Shown here one piece after another: positions 24,772 to 38,958 of a DNA stretch of 64,000 nt; within the stretch, counting starts at the first letter, position 1, and the number at the start of each line of letters is the position of its first letter. The stretch is taken from assembly GCF_006345805.1 (NCBI RefSeq), contig NC_042999.1, positions 165,912,001 to 165,976,000 on the forward strand. The letters are read 5' to 3'. The position numbers were made by a program, and so were the translations under genes. The DNA is from Octopus sinensis (lineage: Eukaryota). The notes under the pieces were generated by a model. It saw only the letters and a list, made by a program, of their open reading frames with translations. It did no database searches and was not told the DNA's origin.

Positions 24772-27700
24772 GTTTTATTTATTATTTTGCACATTACTTA
24801 ATCATCGTTATATGTTTTATCTTATATTTAATCTTTCTATAAAATGTAATTTTCTAGATGGTATAATTTAATTTTTCAATATTGAATTGATGAAAGGTGT
24901 TTTTTTCTAATTTATTATATATATATATATATATATATATAAATATAAAATTAGACTACCCATGACCCGTTGGGTCAACGGGAGAATCTGAGATTCCCAG
25001 CAATGGAGTTTTGTTTTATGGAGTTTTTTTTTTGTTTTCCATGTTATTTCGCATGCTTTCAATGAATGTGACATCGAAATTACATGTAAATGGCTCCTTT
25101 CCCCAGAGAAGGAAAGATTTGGTGCTATTTCTTGCATGCCCTACTACCATGTAACAGGTATTTTGAGTCCTTTATCACATATAACTGTTACGTGGTAGCA
25201 GGGTGTGCTAGAAATAGTAGCCAAATCTTTGGAGGTGAGATACATTGAATGCACTCAAAAGAAACCTATGGAAAAAAAAACTATTTCACACCAAGGTTAC
25301 GAACAGGTCTTTTACAAAATATTTACCATATTTTTAAAGTCATTTTCACTTAAAAATATTTTGCCCATCATAATGTGTCTAATAGATTAGAGTTTCTTCC
25401 CTTTCAGGGTTAAGTTGATTTTCAGAGTGTTATCCCATTATGTACCATTTTGGGTATTTATACCCCAAACCCCCAAATATCTCAATAACCACTGGTCCGA
25501 TTTATGCAAAACTTGTTTCATTCTGTTCATATTCACATTTCAGGGGCATTTTACTTTCAAAGTATTTTCCTATTATGCGCCAGTTTAACTGTGTAACATT
25601 GCAAGTAAGCAAGATTGAACTTCATTTTTAATGTATTATAGATGTGCTTGTCTCATAATAGGTTTACTACATGATCCCAGGTTCACTCCCACTGCATGGC
25701 ACCTTCAACAAGTGTCTTCTATTATGGCCCCTGGCTGACCTAAAGCCTTGTGCGTGGATTTGGCAGACAGAAATAGAAAGAAGTCTGCCACTCGCGCGTG
25801 TGTGTGTATGTATGTATGTATGTACATGTGTGTTTGTCCCCACCACTGCTTGACAACCAGTGTTGGTGTGTTTACATACCCATAACCTAGTAGTTTGGTG
25901 AAAGAGACCAATAGACTAGGTACCAGGCTTAAAATCAAAATAAGTACTGGGGTTCAACTAAAAGTTCTTCAAGGCAGTGCCCCAGCATGGCCACAGTCTA
26001 ATGACTGAAACAAGTAAAAGATGCACACACACACACACAGATAACAGCCTTACTTTCTGTTTCCACCAACCGAATATCACTTAGAGGACTTTGGTTGTCC
26101 TTGGTCAAAATGTTGTACAGTAAGACCCATAACCAAATGGTTGTCAAGGGGTCAAGCAAACTTCTATGTGGTTTTAGGTGTCCAAGAATTAACTGTTTCA
26201 GTGAAATTGGACAATATAAAAAAAACTCACTTTTATATATGTTTATCATGTTTGATATACTCTGCTCTCTCTTTTACTCTTTTACTTGTTTCAGTCATTT
26301 GACTGTGGCCATGCTGGAGCATCGCCTTTAGTCGAGCAAATCAACTCCGGGACTTATTCTTTGTAAGCCTAGTACTTATTTTATTGGTCTCTTTTGCCGA
26401 ACCGCTAAGTTACGGGAACGTAAACACACCAGCATCGGTTGTCAAGCGATGTGGGGGGGGGACAAACATATACACACACGTACATATATATGTATGTATG
26501 TATACATATATACAATGGGCTTCTTTCAGCTTCCATCTACCAAATCCACTCACAAGGCTTTAGTCAGCCTGAGGCTATAGTAGAAGACACTTGCCTAAGG
26601 TGCCATGCAGTGGGACTGAACCTGGAACCATGTTATCTGCACAATTGCCTCTACCTCTGCTCACCTTGATCCTTCTTACAGCCATTCTTTACCTCTCAGA
26701 ACCAATCTCCTGTAAAGACCGAATCGAAGTTTGAATCTTTTGTGCCCTACTTCTATATTGAGAATCTCTGGATCTAATCTGTGGACTATACACACACTCA
26801 TATAGACACACACACATATACATAGAGACAGAGTGACACACACATGCACCCATACACATGTGCACACACACATACAGTCACATAGACCCATTCACACACC
26901 TTACCACACAGCTTACCACACAGCTACTCCTGTGTTAAAAGAGGATAAATTCTTAATTTTGTTTATAATTACATTTTTTTTTTTAATAATTCTATTTTCA
27001 TTCCTGTTGGATCCTGCTTATCTGTCCACAACAGCTCTTTTCCAATTTTGCGGCAATCATTTTTTCTACCTCCATCCCAAAGATGGAATAATAGTTAAGA
27101 TGAACTTGAAGAACCCATTCTGCTAGCAGTGCAGGAGATAACCTTGAAATGCTTCAAGATGTGCTTCGTAGCATTAATGATAGATTTGAAATTTGCAAGG
27201 ACACAAACAAAACACATGTTGAAAATTTTCAATAAAGTTTCGATGTAAAATTTATAAACCTATTTGTTTTGATGTCATAATTAAGAAAGAAACAAAATTG
27301 TCATTTTTTAAAAAAATTACCTGACTTCATTGAGATAGTTAATTCTGGGACATCCTGTATATTAGCATACACACTGAGAATATGGTTTACATTTTTCTGA
27401 GTATGTCATTTTATGGTGCTAAAATGGCTGGTTGTTAGAAAATAGAATAAACTGCATTTATATAAGATTTAAGTTGTATTGTCCAATATCTGACAGTCAG
27501 ATATTGTTAAAGGATATTTAGGAAACATTGAACATCATATAAAAATAAAATAAAACTTACAACTGGATTATCAAATATCTGCCAGAGTTCACTGTATTTT
27601 TTACTGGTATCAAAATTATCATAATTAATTAAGTGGCCAAAATATTTCATATTTGTCACATACATCAGTCTGCCCTGAAAAAGAAATGAGAAACAAGATT

Positions 27701-29237
27701 TATGAAAACATTTGTTTCTTTATACAGTTTACATCCATCATGCATATATATTGTGATTTTCCTTTTTTACAACCAGATGCATTTTCCATTGCAAACCTTT
27801 ACCTTTCCGTTTTTACCTTACTTTTCAAGTGAGGGAATTTTCATTTTGAAAGAGCAGAACTACCAAATAAGTTGTTGACATGGAAATGTCAATGAACATC
27901 ATGCCCAGTAGCTCTGCAATTTCTTGGATAAATGCAGAATGTACAAATTCACACACAGGAGCGGGTGCTGAAAAGTTCCTGGCATTAAGGGTATCACAAA
28001 AGGCCTGGTTGGAGGTTCTTTTAGAGGGCTTAGAAAAACTGGAGGACTGCACTGCAATAAGTGGTGAATCTGAGAGGGGAATATGTTGAATAAATCATAA
28101 TTAACTGATCCTTTTCAGCACCCACTCATGTATATATATGTATGTAAGTGTGTGTGTGTGTGCATATGTGTGTGTGTGTGCGCGTGTGCGCACTTCGTTT
28201 CTGTATCTGGTTTGCAAGATTCTTTAAGTGAACTCGTGTGTTGAAACAAATTATGTTGTGTCTGGAGAGAGTCATATTGTCTTAATACCTTATTATTATT
28301 ATTGATAGTGACAAGAAATTATCATTCTAATGCTGAGAATGCAACAACATTTTCAAAGGCTAAAACATCATCAGTACACTATATAAATTTGGAAGAATTT
28401 TGATAACAAACTGCAACCTTACCTGATCTCGAAGAGTTTTGGAAAATGCCATGTCTGGGTCTAATTTACCATTGATGTAAGCAGTTTTCAAATCAGGCAG
28501 CAGATGGTGATGAATCAAATAAACTTCTGATAAGTATGGAACAACCCAAAGCCCACTGAAACAAATTCAAGAGATTCCATGATATCTGTAATTATTTACA
28601 AGGTTTTCAAGGAACAAATTTTTGTGTTAATTGAAAAATTGATTTGACTAAAGTTGCCTTTTTCCAGCACTCTAACCTTCTTTCATATTTTATTTGCTTC
28701 AGTGATTGGACTGTGGCCATGCTGAAGGGTTTTAGTTGGATGAGTCCTGTTTTTTTCTCCTTTTAAGCCTGATACTTATTTTATCAGTCTCTTTTGACAA
28801 ACCACTAAGTAACGGTGGAACAAACCCAAAGACACACAGACATATTTATACTTAAATATACACACACACACACTAGCAATGCATCCGGCGTTGCCTGGGT
28901 GTTATGGCCTACAAGCACATTGAATTATTTGCTCCTTTCTTATGGGCAGAATCGGTATAATAGATATATAGTTAATGGAATAATAGAAGTTATTTTTTGT
29001 TCAATAGTGAAGGGCAAGGGTACAATTTGCATGGGTTTGCTTTCTGTTCTTAAGAAGGATCAAAAACTACGTATTGTTTCATTGTATACAAGGGGGTTAA
29101 TATGATTTTGTCTAGAAATCCCATTTTCAAAATTTTAATTTCCCTCCCGTCCCCATAGCAATGTCTTAATTTGTAACTTGTACATTTTTTTTTGTTGTTG
29201 TTATCTACATAGAAAAATAAAGAGATTACGAATCTGG

Positions 29238-29289
<52 letters not shown>

Positions 29290-29515
29290 CGGCGTCATTT
29301 ACCGTCTGCTTTCCATGCTGGCATGGGTTGGACAGTTTGACTGAGGGCTGGCAAGTCAGAAGGCTGCACCAGGTTTCAATCCAATCTGGCAAAGTTTCTA
29401 CAGCTTGATGCCCTTCCCAACGCCAACCATTCCAAGAGTGTAGTGGGTGCTTTTTACATGCCACTGGCATGGGAGCCAGTCAGGCAGTACTGGCATCGAC
29501 CATGCTCAAATGGTG

Positions 29516-29554
<39 letters not shown>

Positions 29555-30247
29555 ATAGTTTAATTTTTCTTAAAGAAACACTCAATGCCCCTTCCCCTAC
29601 CTCACCCACCCATCACCTCCCAGCTTTCAAAAAGCTAAAATCTTCCAATTTTTCACTTTTGTTTGATGTTTCCCGCATGCATAGAATTCTACTGAAAATA
29701 CCAGACCACCACCAGAAACCCCAACACGTTAGAAACAACAGGTAAAAGACATTATTTTTGAAGAAATCTCCCTGTTTTCCAAAAAGCTAAAAGTTGGGAG
29801 TGTGTAGCTTTTTGAAAGTGGTGAGGTGATGGGTAAAATTCTTAAAGATTCGTACTCTCTGTTTTTTCTCCATGGATTACCAAGAATAAAAATTTGAAAA
29901 AAGTAAAAAATAAATTTGGTGTGGAGAGGGAGAAAATGAAAATATTGAGAACGTGTTTTATGGGTGAAATCCTAATCTCCTGTATTGCAAACATAGGTAT
30001 CGGGAGAAATTTAGGAAAAAATAGGTGGGGGGGGGAGGTCACCTCAGACATGATAGAAAGAAGAGGTAAAGGACAGAATTTCTGGGAAAACTTCCTTTTA
30101 AATTTATATTGAAGATCAGATTTTTAAATACACTCATCACAAACATAAATTACACAATAGAAAAAAGATCATTTCAATTGGGTTGGAGCTACAAATTTGC
30201 ACGTGCACACTGCAAGAATTAACATAATTTGCACAGAAGTTTTACCT

Positions 30248-30283
<36 letters not shown>

Positions 30284-33053
30284 AAAGGAAGCTGTTTTAT
30301 GGCATTCTTTCATTTGAAGAAGCAAAGTTGTCAACTCAACATATATGGGATCATATGATTGTTTGTTAATTTCCATAAAATTGGTTTAATTTCTGTATGC
30401 TTTGAAGAGAGCAAAAATTGAAAGAGAGGATAAAGTGGAAAGGTGACATTTGCTTTGAAGTGAGAGGATAAAGTGTAAGATGTATGTGTAATGGACGCGT
30501 GTGTGTGTGTGAGAGAGAGAGAGAGAGTGAGTGAGTGAAGGTGTGTGTTGTTATGTATGAAATTTTTTTGCATGTATGTGCAAGTGGCACTCACTCACTC
30601 TATCTCTCTCTCTCACACACTCACACATTATCTTTCATATACACATACATAAATAGGCAGAGGTAAAGAATACACACACCACCTGTTTTTGGCGTAACCC
30701 TAACTGTAAACACCAGGAGTGCATATTCTTGACCTTTACCTATAAATACACATGCATACATCTTTTTTTAAAAAAACTGATGTATTTTAATGCAAATTTT
30801 TTTGTTTGTGGCTTATTTTAATACAATATTTATGCGTACATTTTTATAAATGTTTGTCTGAATAGAATTCTATGCATGTGTAAAACATTGGACGAAAATG
30901 ATACATTAGAAGCAAATCAAAATACTGTCTGGAAATGAACTCAAAATTGTGCGACCCAACCTAGTTGGCGAGGTTATTTTAGTTGTAAAAAAGAATTGTT
31001 GAGTCAAAAACATAGTTCATTTGGTAGATAGATAATAAGCAGCTTTCTTTATTATAATACACGTGTGATTAATTCAGAGAAACATTACCTTCATTAATTC
31101 AGAGAAACATTACCTTCACATCGTCACTCTCGTAATGCAATACTTTGTAATTTTGGTTGAAATTGAAAGTATGAAACTATTTTCATTCTGTAATTAAACC
31201 TGATCATTGTAGAGAAGTGTCTTTGAAATAACTATAGCTGGTTGTTGAGATAATGTAGAAAATATGTAAATGAAAATAAAGTTTATTTGACATGTGGAAT
31301 TGATTTGATTGTTTTGAAAGGTGGTAAGCTGGCAGAATCGTTTTGCTGGGCAAAATGCTTCAGCTGTATTTCGCCTGTCTTTACATTCTGAGTTCAAATG
31401 CTGCCAGGGTCAACTTTGCCTTTCATCCTTTTGGGGTTGACAAATTAAGTACCAGTGAGACACTGGGGTCAAGGTAATCGACTGCTCCCCTCCTGCAAAA
31501 TTTCAGGCCTTGTGCCTATGGCAGAAAGGATATGATTTTTCTGGTCTTGGTAAAAATAGAAATCATTTGACGACACCCTTTTGTTTGTAATTGGCTATTC
31601 TGTTGCAGGTTCAATCCGAGGAATATTGAAATAATACCCATCTTGTCCATTCCACAGAATAAGATTATACTGGAGAGCATCATAAGAGGGATGAGTCTGT
31701 GGAACACATCTAAGGTTGCTATCTTGAACACGAGTGAGAATATCATGTTTCATGGGGATCACCAACCATAAGGATGGCTACTTCATTAGATGTGGGCTCA
31801 CTAAAACAGCGTAAAAAGTTCTTTACTATAGTTTGCTATAGACGTAATGAACACAGAAACACACACACACAGACTCATAGAATTGATAATATTGAAAACA
31901 GCAAAACGGAATGTAGTCAATATAGGTGCAAAACATACTTTCTGTAGCATAGTTATGCTATAAAAAAATGGAAAGTCACCAGTTTAGCAAAAGTTAGTAT
32001 GCATCACCAATATAAGAAAGTACATGAAGTCAACATTTATTTGGAACATGTACTAAATGTTATAAAATTCACAGGTGAATGAATGCCACGGTGAAGAAAG
32101 TGAGAGTCCAAGAAAATTCAGAAGGCATAATTCAATTTTTCATACAAAAATAACTTATTTTACAGTTTTGAAATGAATGCAGAACCAAGTGTATAAAAAG
32201 GAAGATGCTGTTTTTGAACTGTGTAACATTATAGGCTGTAGAATACTGAGTAATGCAGTAAAAAGGTTGTGCGATGCTCTCACAGTGATGAAGAATATAA
32301 GGACTGTTAAAAAAAGATTATCTTGAAACTGGTTAGAAGGAGTGGGATAACATTTCTGTAATTATATTGAAAGAGCCGCTGAGGCTTTCTACTTTGCCAA
32401 GTTTCCAAATTTGTTATAATAAGCAGAATAGTTTTTTTTTCCAGATGTATTTGCGAGTATTGGGAGTGGTGCTAAATAAGCCAAACCTTCAAGTTGGCAG
32501 TTCTTGAAAGTGAACTTTGTTTGTTTGAAATCCAGGGGCCGCAAGTAAACTTTCAATATCGGTGAGGAAGTTTGGGGACAGGGAAGTTACGTACATAAAG
32601 TAAGAGAGAGAGACATACACACACACACAGACATTAACGCACACCTCGTGTCTCTCTCTGTCCCTGTGTGTGTCTGTCTGTGTCTTTAGATGTGTGGTGT
32701 GCCAGTCACCACAAAAATGTATGTATACTGACAGACAGTAACACTGTCACACACATATTTGTCAGTCATCAGCCTAATGTACCTAACGAACATGCGAACA
32801 CATATAGAAAATGTGACGTCATCATTGTTGTGGTGTTGGTGGTGATAAAAGATGTCGTTTACGATAGGTGACTGAAAGAAAAATGATAATCTTAAATTTT
32901 TGTAATGTAAATAAGTGAATGAAAATATAGTTTAGTTGGTAGCCAAAAGCTTACTGAATCTTTTCATACCCCATACGTCAAAAACGGCAACTCAGTTTTG
33001 GAATGCATAAGGAACATACACACATACAAACTCTCTTTTATAAATATATTATT

Positions 33054-33086
<33 letters not shown>

Positions 33087-36000
33087 GTTCTTTCAATTTC
33101 TATCTTCCAAATCCACTCACAAGGCTTTAGTTGGTTTGGGGCTATAGTAGAAGACCCTTGCCTAAAGGTGTTATGCAGTGGGACTGAATCTAGAATTATG
33201 TAGTTGGGAAGCACATGATGTCATTAAAATTCTGCAGCTATACCATGTTTTAGACTAGCCAGTATTGAGTTTAGTTTGTATTCCAGGTCTGTCTTTTAGC
33301 AACTAACTTACTGCTGACATGTATAGAGAAACTGTACATTCCTCTCAGTAAAAAGTTGTAGTAGCCAGCCATTATAAATAGACCAGTAACTGGTTGACAG
33401 GGAGAAGGTCAAAGAAGGTCAAAGATATGTGTAGACTGTGTCGATAGTCATGTCTGTGCTGATATAGTAATTATACTGTGATACTGAGTGGACTTGAGGA
33501 TGATAACACTGTATGACTGGGGACTGTACAGTGTCAGACAGAACCATTCTATAGACAACGTTGACTTTGGAATATAACAATATCTGTCAGAGCAACAACC
33601 ATCGTCAAAAGACAGATACAACAGTGGCAAAAGACCATTTTACAACATGACAATATGATGGAACAGAAATTACTCAGTCTGTCCAGTAACTATATCAGTG
33701 ACAGAGTTGTGTTAATGAGATCTTTTAAATTGGGATGACTAAGATGGTTATAAATTCAATATAAAGGATTGATATAATGTAGAGGGTTGATAGAATGCAG
33801 AAGAATGATGCAGTATAAAAGATGAGTAGATCTGGTGTAGATGATCGATGAGAATGTAGAGTATTGGTAAAGTGTGGAGGACTGATAGAATGTCTACAAA
33901 GAAGTCTGATATAATGTAGAAGATTGATATAATACAGATGATTGATATAACGCAGATGATTGATATAACGCAGAGGTTTGACAGAATGTAGAGGTATGAT
34001 AGACTGTACATGATTGATGCAAAGCAGAGAACTGATACATTGTGTGTGATTGATAGAGCATAAAGGAGTAACGGACTGGAGAAGATTGATAGAACACAGA
34101 AGATTAAAAGAATGTAGATAACTGACAAAGAATAGAGGAGTGATAAAATGTAAATGATTAACAGAATGAAGAAGATGTATAGAAGTATAGAGGATTGTTA
34201 GAATGTAGAGAATTAATTGAATGTAGGGGATTGTTCCAGTTAGTGTGGAGGAGTGATAGGATGTAGAAGATACAATGCTTATATGAAGACTAACAAAGGA
34301 AATAGACATTTTCAAATGCCACTACACACAAAAATACAAAAACTAAATTCATCAAAGCAACAATACATTTGGTTCTAAAGCAGATTGATAGGTTGAACAC
34401 TCACCGTCTTGTACTGTCCACAATGTCCAGATAATCTTCTGAACGAGCATAATAACCATCATTACTAATTGCTCCCCAGAAGTTACTCCAGAACTTACCA
34501 GGGCGAGCTACCATAGGAGCTAAAACACTTCTGTAATGAAAAAGTTTTGGAAGTTAGAACAAAAAATAAATGAATAAATAAATAGAAAAAAGTAAACTAA
34601 AACCAAAAAATAACCTTTCTAAATATTTAGTTTAATTGAATTCTTGTAAATTAAATTTCAGAGTTGAAATTAATGTTTGATGTAAATGACAAGAATATTC
34701 TGATATGATCTTAAACATACCTGTTCTGTTCAATGAGCAGTCGTAATGCTTTTGGGTTGTCAAGATGAGCTGTAGCATCAATTGAGAGAAGATAACGACA
34801 TGACTTCTGTATACAGGACTCACTGAAATAGAATTCAGGTAGAGATTATCAACTAATGGATCATATGGAAATGTGCCCATTAACTCCTTAGTGTTTAAAC
34901 CAGCCATATCTGGCCAAAATAGTCTACCTGTTTCATGTCCAAAATGACCACTTTAGCCTTTCACACCTGCTCTACAATGTCATTCAAAAAATAAACAATC
35001 ACATCATCAAAATCTCAAAGTTACAAGATTATAAGTGAATAGTTGAAAATAATTTGAATAATAAACATTACATTTGACAAAATAATCTGAATGCTACAGG
35101 GTTGAATGTCTAAATATCTGAGACGAGTTGTTGTTACTGCTAAGATTTAATTTCTCAAACTTCATCATCTTTAAAATGTGTATTTACAATATCTATATCT
35201 CCACTGCTTCTCAATTAGTTTAATCTCCAACCAACATGATACTAAATTGAGTTCAAACTAGGAACTTTTGTGCCAGTAGATAAAACATTAAGTACCTTGA
35301 GTTTAGACACAACGGTTTAGTAAGAATAGAGTCAAGCTCAATGTACATAACCAAGAATGGAAATCAAAGACCAAACTAATTAAAATGTAGTGCAGATAGG
35401 AATATTGCAAAAGCAGCCTCTAAATATAAATTATAATCTTAGAAACATTTTACATTTACATCAGCAGCAATGATAACCTGACTATTTCAACACAACAGTT
35501 AACGACCACAGTAATAAAGAGGCTAATCATATGCAAATGCATTTTAAAGTTATTTGCATATTTAATTCTACATTTATGATTTTATTATATATTCACAGCA
35601 TATTTTCTGAGGTAGGAAAATCCTGGTGTCTTTATGAAGCAAGAAGACTTTTTATGAAATCTATTTTTAATGAAAGAAAAAGGAAAAGATAAATAATAAC
35701 GTATAACAATGTTTATGTAATAGTTTCCTGAGACATAGAATTTACTTGAAGGGTTCCTCAAGAATAAGTAAGATCATGGAGAAACCAGCTAGATACACAA
35801 TGGTTTAGAAAAAAGTCAAAGGTCTCCAAGAGATGCCAAACTAACACTGTATCAGTGTCTTTCTATCTGTTGCAAACATTAAACCAGAAGAACATGTCTA
35901 CAACAGATGCCAAGTTAAGACTCTTTCAGTATCTTTATAAACCAGGCAAAAGTTTAACCAGGAGAGCAAAGAGAGAGTAAAATAAAAATATTTCCCACCC

Positions 36001-38910
36001 TATTAAAATCTTTACTGCTTGTATGGAAGGGTCAGAGACACAAGTTAATACAAACCAGAAACCCTTTATTTTCTTACTCTTAAAAAATAAAGGCTTTTCC
36101 TGGATTTCATGAAAGACTAAGTTTCAATAGAAACAAACCTGTGACATATAAAAGGGGGCCTGTGCTGGTGAGATGTAAAAGACACCCAGTATACTCTGTA
36201 AAGTGGTTGGCATTAGGAAGGACATCTGGCTAAAAAAACTAAGCCAAAACAGACGTTTGGAGCCTGGTGTAGTCAAACTGTCTAATCCATGCCAGCATGG
36301 AAAATGTTAAATGATGATGAAACCATAATTAAATACAAACTCTAATTACATGACTCCTTAATAGAATTGCAAATAACCTACACAAAAGAAACTAAAATGT
36401 TCACAAACTACCAAGATATATGTAACCAAATACAATAGGGTAGAAACCGAATTCTACTCCAAGCAGAAGCAACACTATTAATTTGACAAGTGGCACTCAT
36501 TAACTTGCAGTGCTGATTTCAATTTCACCAGTTGGAAAAGTTAGTCTTTGTTTAAAACTAATAAAACTGGAGTTAAACAACAGATTAGTGAGATCACTGA
36601 GATTTAGAAAGAGAGCAATTTTCTTTTTTCTGTTTTTAGCTACATAAATAGCTGATTAAACATAGACTTTAGATGAGTTGTAGTGCACCTGAGCACTGTA
36701 CACAATGTTTTTATTATTATTATTATTATAATTTTTTATACACATCTCAATCAAACATACACAACTTCATATAGAGATGACATCATGCTCCACCACCATT
36801 TCACAGATATAGCTGCACAACTACTCCTGTCAACTAAAAACCTCTACCCAAACAACAACAAGTGTAAAGTAGCACTTATCAACACCAACATTCCCCTCTT
36901 GCCAGATAAAGAGTATGAAATATTATTTCTTGTCACACTCAACAACATAAACATACTGCATACGTGGTCTTATCAATAAGTATCCAGACTGTTACCATAG
37001 TAACGCTGTAAACAGCAGAAGAGAGCTTGGACATTAAAACTTTGTGTGCCTGCACAGCAGAGTTCAAGGTCAATCAGTGCCAAGTGCCTTTATTTTGTGT
37101 GCTTTAGCTTTGCTACTATGGCAACAGTCCGGATACTTATTGATCAGACCTCATACAGAGATGGCAAAAATTTGGGAGATCACATAGCAACACCTCGGCA
37201 ACATTCACAGCACAGGTAAAGACACAGCAAATAAGTAAAATGACACACAGACATACACAGTATCCTCACAGGTCCCACATTTGTCCAACATTAGTGCACG
37301 AATAATGTAGTAGATCCATGAAAGAGTATACTTGTCTTACCTGAGTGCTATCTCTTCATACAAATCAAACTACAAAGAACAGAAAGCGATACTTTCTGCA
37401 TCCTCTTAGATTGCATACAGACCACAGCAAGATTATCTGGACATGCAAGGAGCTGTTTGCAACCACTACAAACCACACAGTCCTTGTCCCTACATATAAC
37501 AATCACCCCCACCAAACACACAAATACAAATCTCCTCCAAATAAATACAAAGAAAACTTACATATGGTGTGTGTAATGGCACAACGTTGCAGTCAAGGTA
37601 TGTTGTACAGTGGTACAGAGTGAGAACCAAGGTATGCATTTGAACTCAACATAAAGACAGACAAAATGCTGCTAAGCATTCTGCCCAGTGTGCTAATGAT
37701 TCTGCCAACACGCTGCCTTTGTTCACTGGTATGGCTGCTAAATTACGGGAATGACAAAAAACAATGACTTACACAGCCCAATTCCTGCTCGTTGCTTCAT
37801 CAACATTGTTTTCTGGAGCTATGTAATGCAAAGAATTGTAGCTGTTTTCAGCATCTTTAATAAATGATTTCACTTCCTCGTGGTGATATTCCATCTGTAA
37901 AGATCAGTTATAGTGAGATAAACAAGACAAACAATCACAGCAGGGACTACACTAAGTCCAAAAGTTTGGTATGAAAATATTTACTACACTAGAGTATAAA
38001 GTATGAGTGTGTGTGTATGTACACACACACACACATAGAGACTTATATGGAATGAATCCTGGACATATATTTACTAAGTTCTTAATAAACCCGCATAAAC
38101 ATTGAGACAACTGCAGTTTCAGTTTAACCTCACTAAACTATCAAGAGACTGTTGTGTATGGCTACACACACACAATTGCTGTTTAGCTTCCATGTTCATG
38201 AGTTAATTTTCATATTTGCAGTAGTTTGAAGATACAATAAACACAACTTGAAAACCAAAGAAAATAATATACAAAAGTTTATTTCGTAGTTTGAAAGATA
38301 AACAGTTTCATGAGGGAAGAAGGATTATATTATCATTGTTGTAATGTGTTTGAAATTTATAGTATCAACAACCTTAACAATGAACGTGATTTGGAATGAA
38401 AAGAATAATAGAAGTTTTTGACATAATAAAACAAGCTTGAGCGTTGGGCTTTCAACAATGTAATATGTATTTTATATATACATATACATACATACATTAT
38501 CTGATCAATTTATATACTGCCAAATGCATCTATATCTAGCAGCTATATAAAGAAAATCTTGCAGAAATTTGATGTCACTTGCCATGATTCATTCTGATGT
38601 GTTGTCTGTTGATTATATATTTACATGTATATTTATATATATGTGTCAGATGATGTAATATCGCTAATTTAACCAGATACAGATTACAAAACAGCCATTA
38701 ACAGATGGAATAAACATCTATTCTTTCACTTGTCTTATCTAGTTAATTCATATGTGCTCTCCACTTTTGTGATTCCTGGATTTTCAGAAAGATGGTGACG
38801 TTAAACTCTAGCCTTAACCACTGTTTTTCTCAATAACTGCTTGCTGGGTGGAGAGCTTACAATGAGTTCTGTTTAGTTCTTCAAATCCCTATTCTACTTA
38901 TATATACATA

Positions 38911-38958
<48 letters not shown>

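Noticed and set aside
27780-27940. Cryptic exon equivalent to vertebrate PLOD2 exon 13a
   Set aside because: Splice-like sites give 92-120 nt products with early stops or frameshifts; no in-frame cassette is supported.
32050-32560. Tc1-like transposase remnant (EWDNIS...)
   Set aside because: Too degenerate; no TIR or catalytic motif confirmed.
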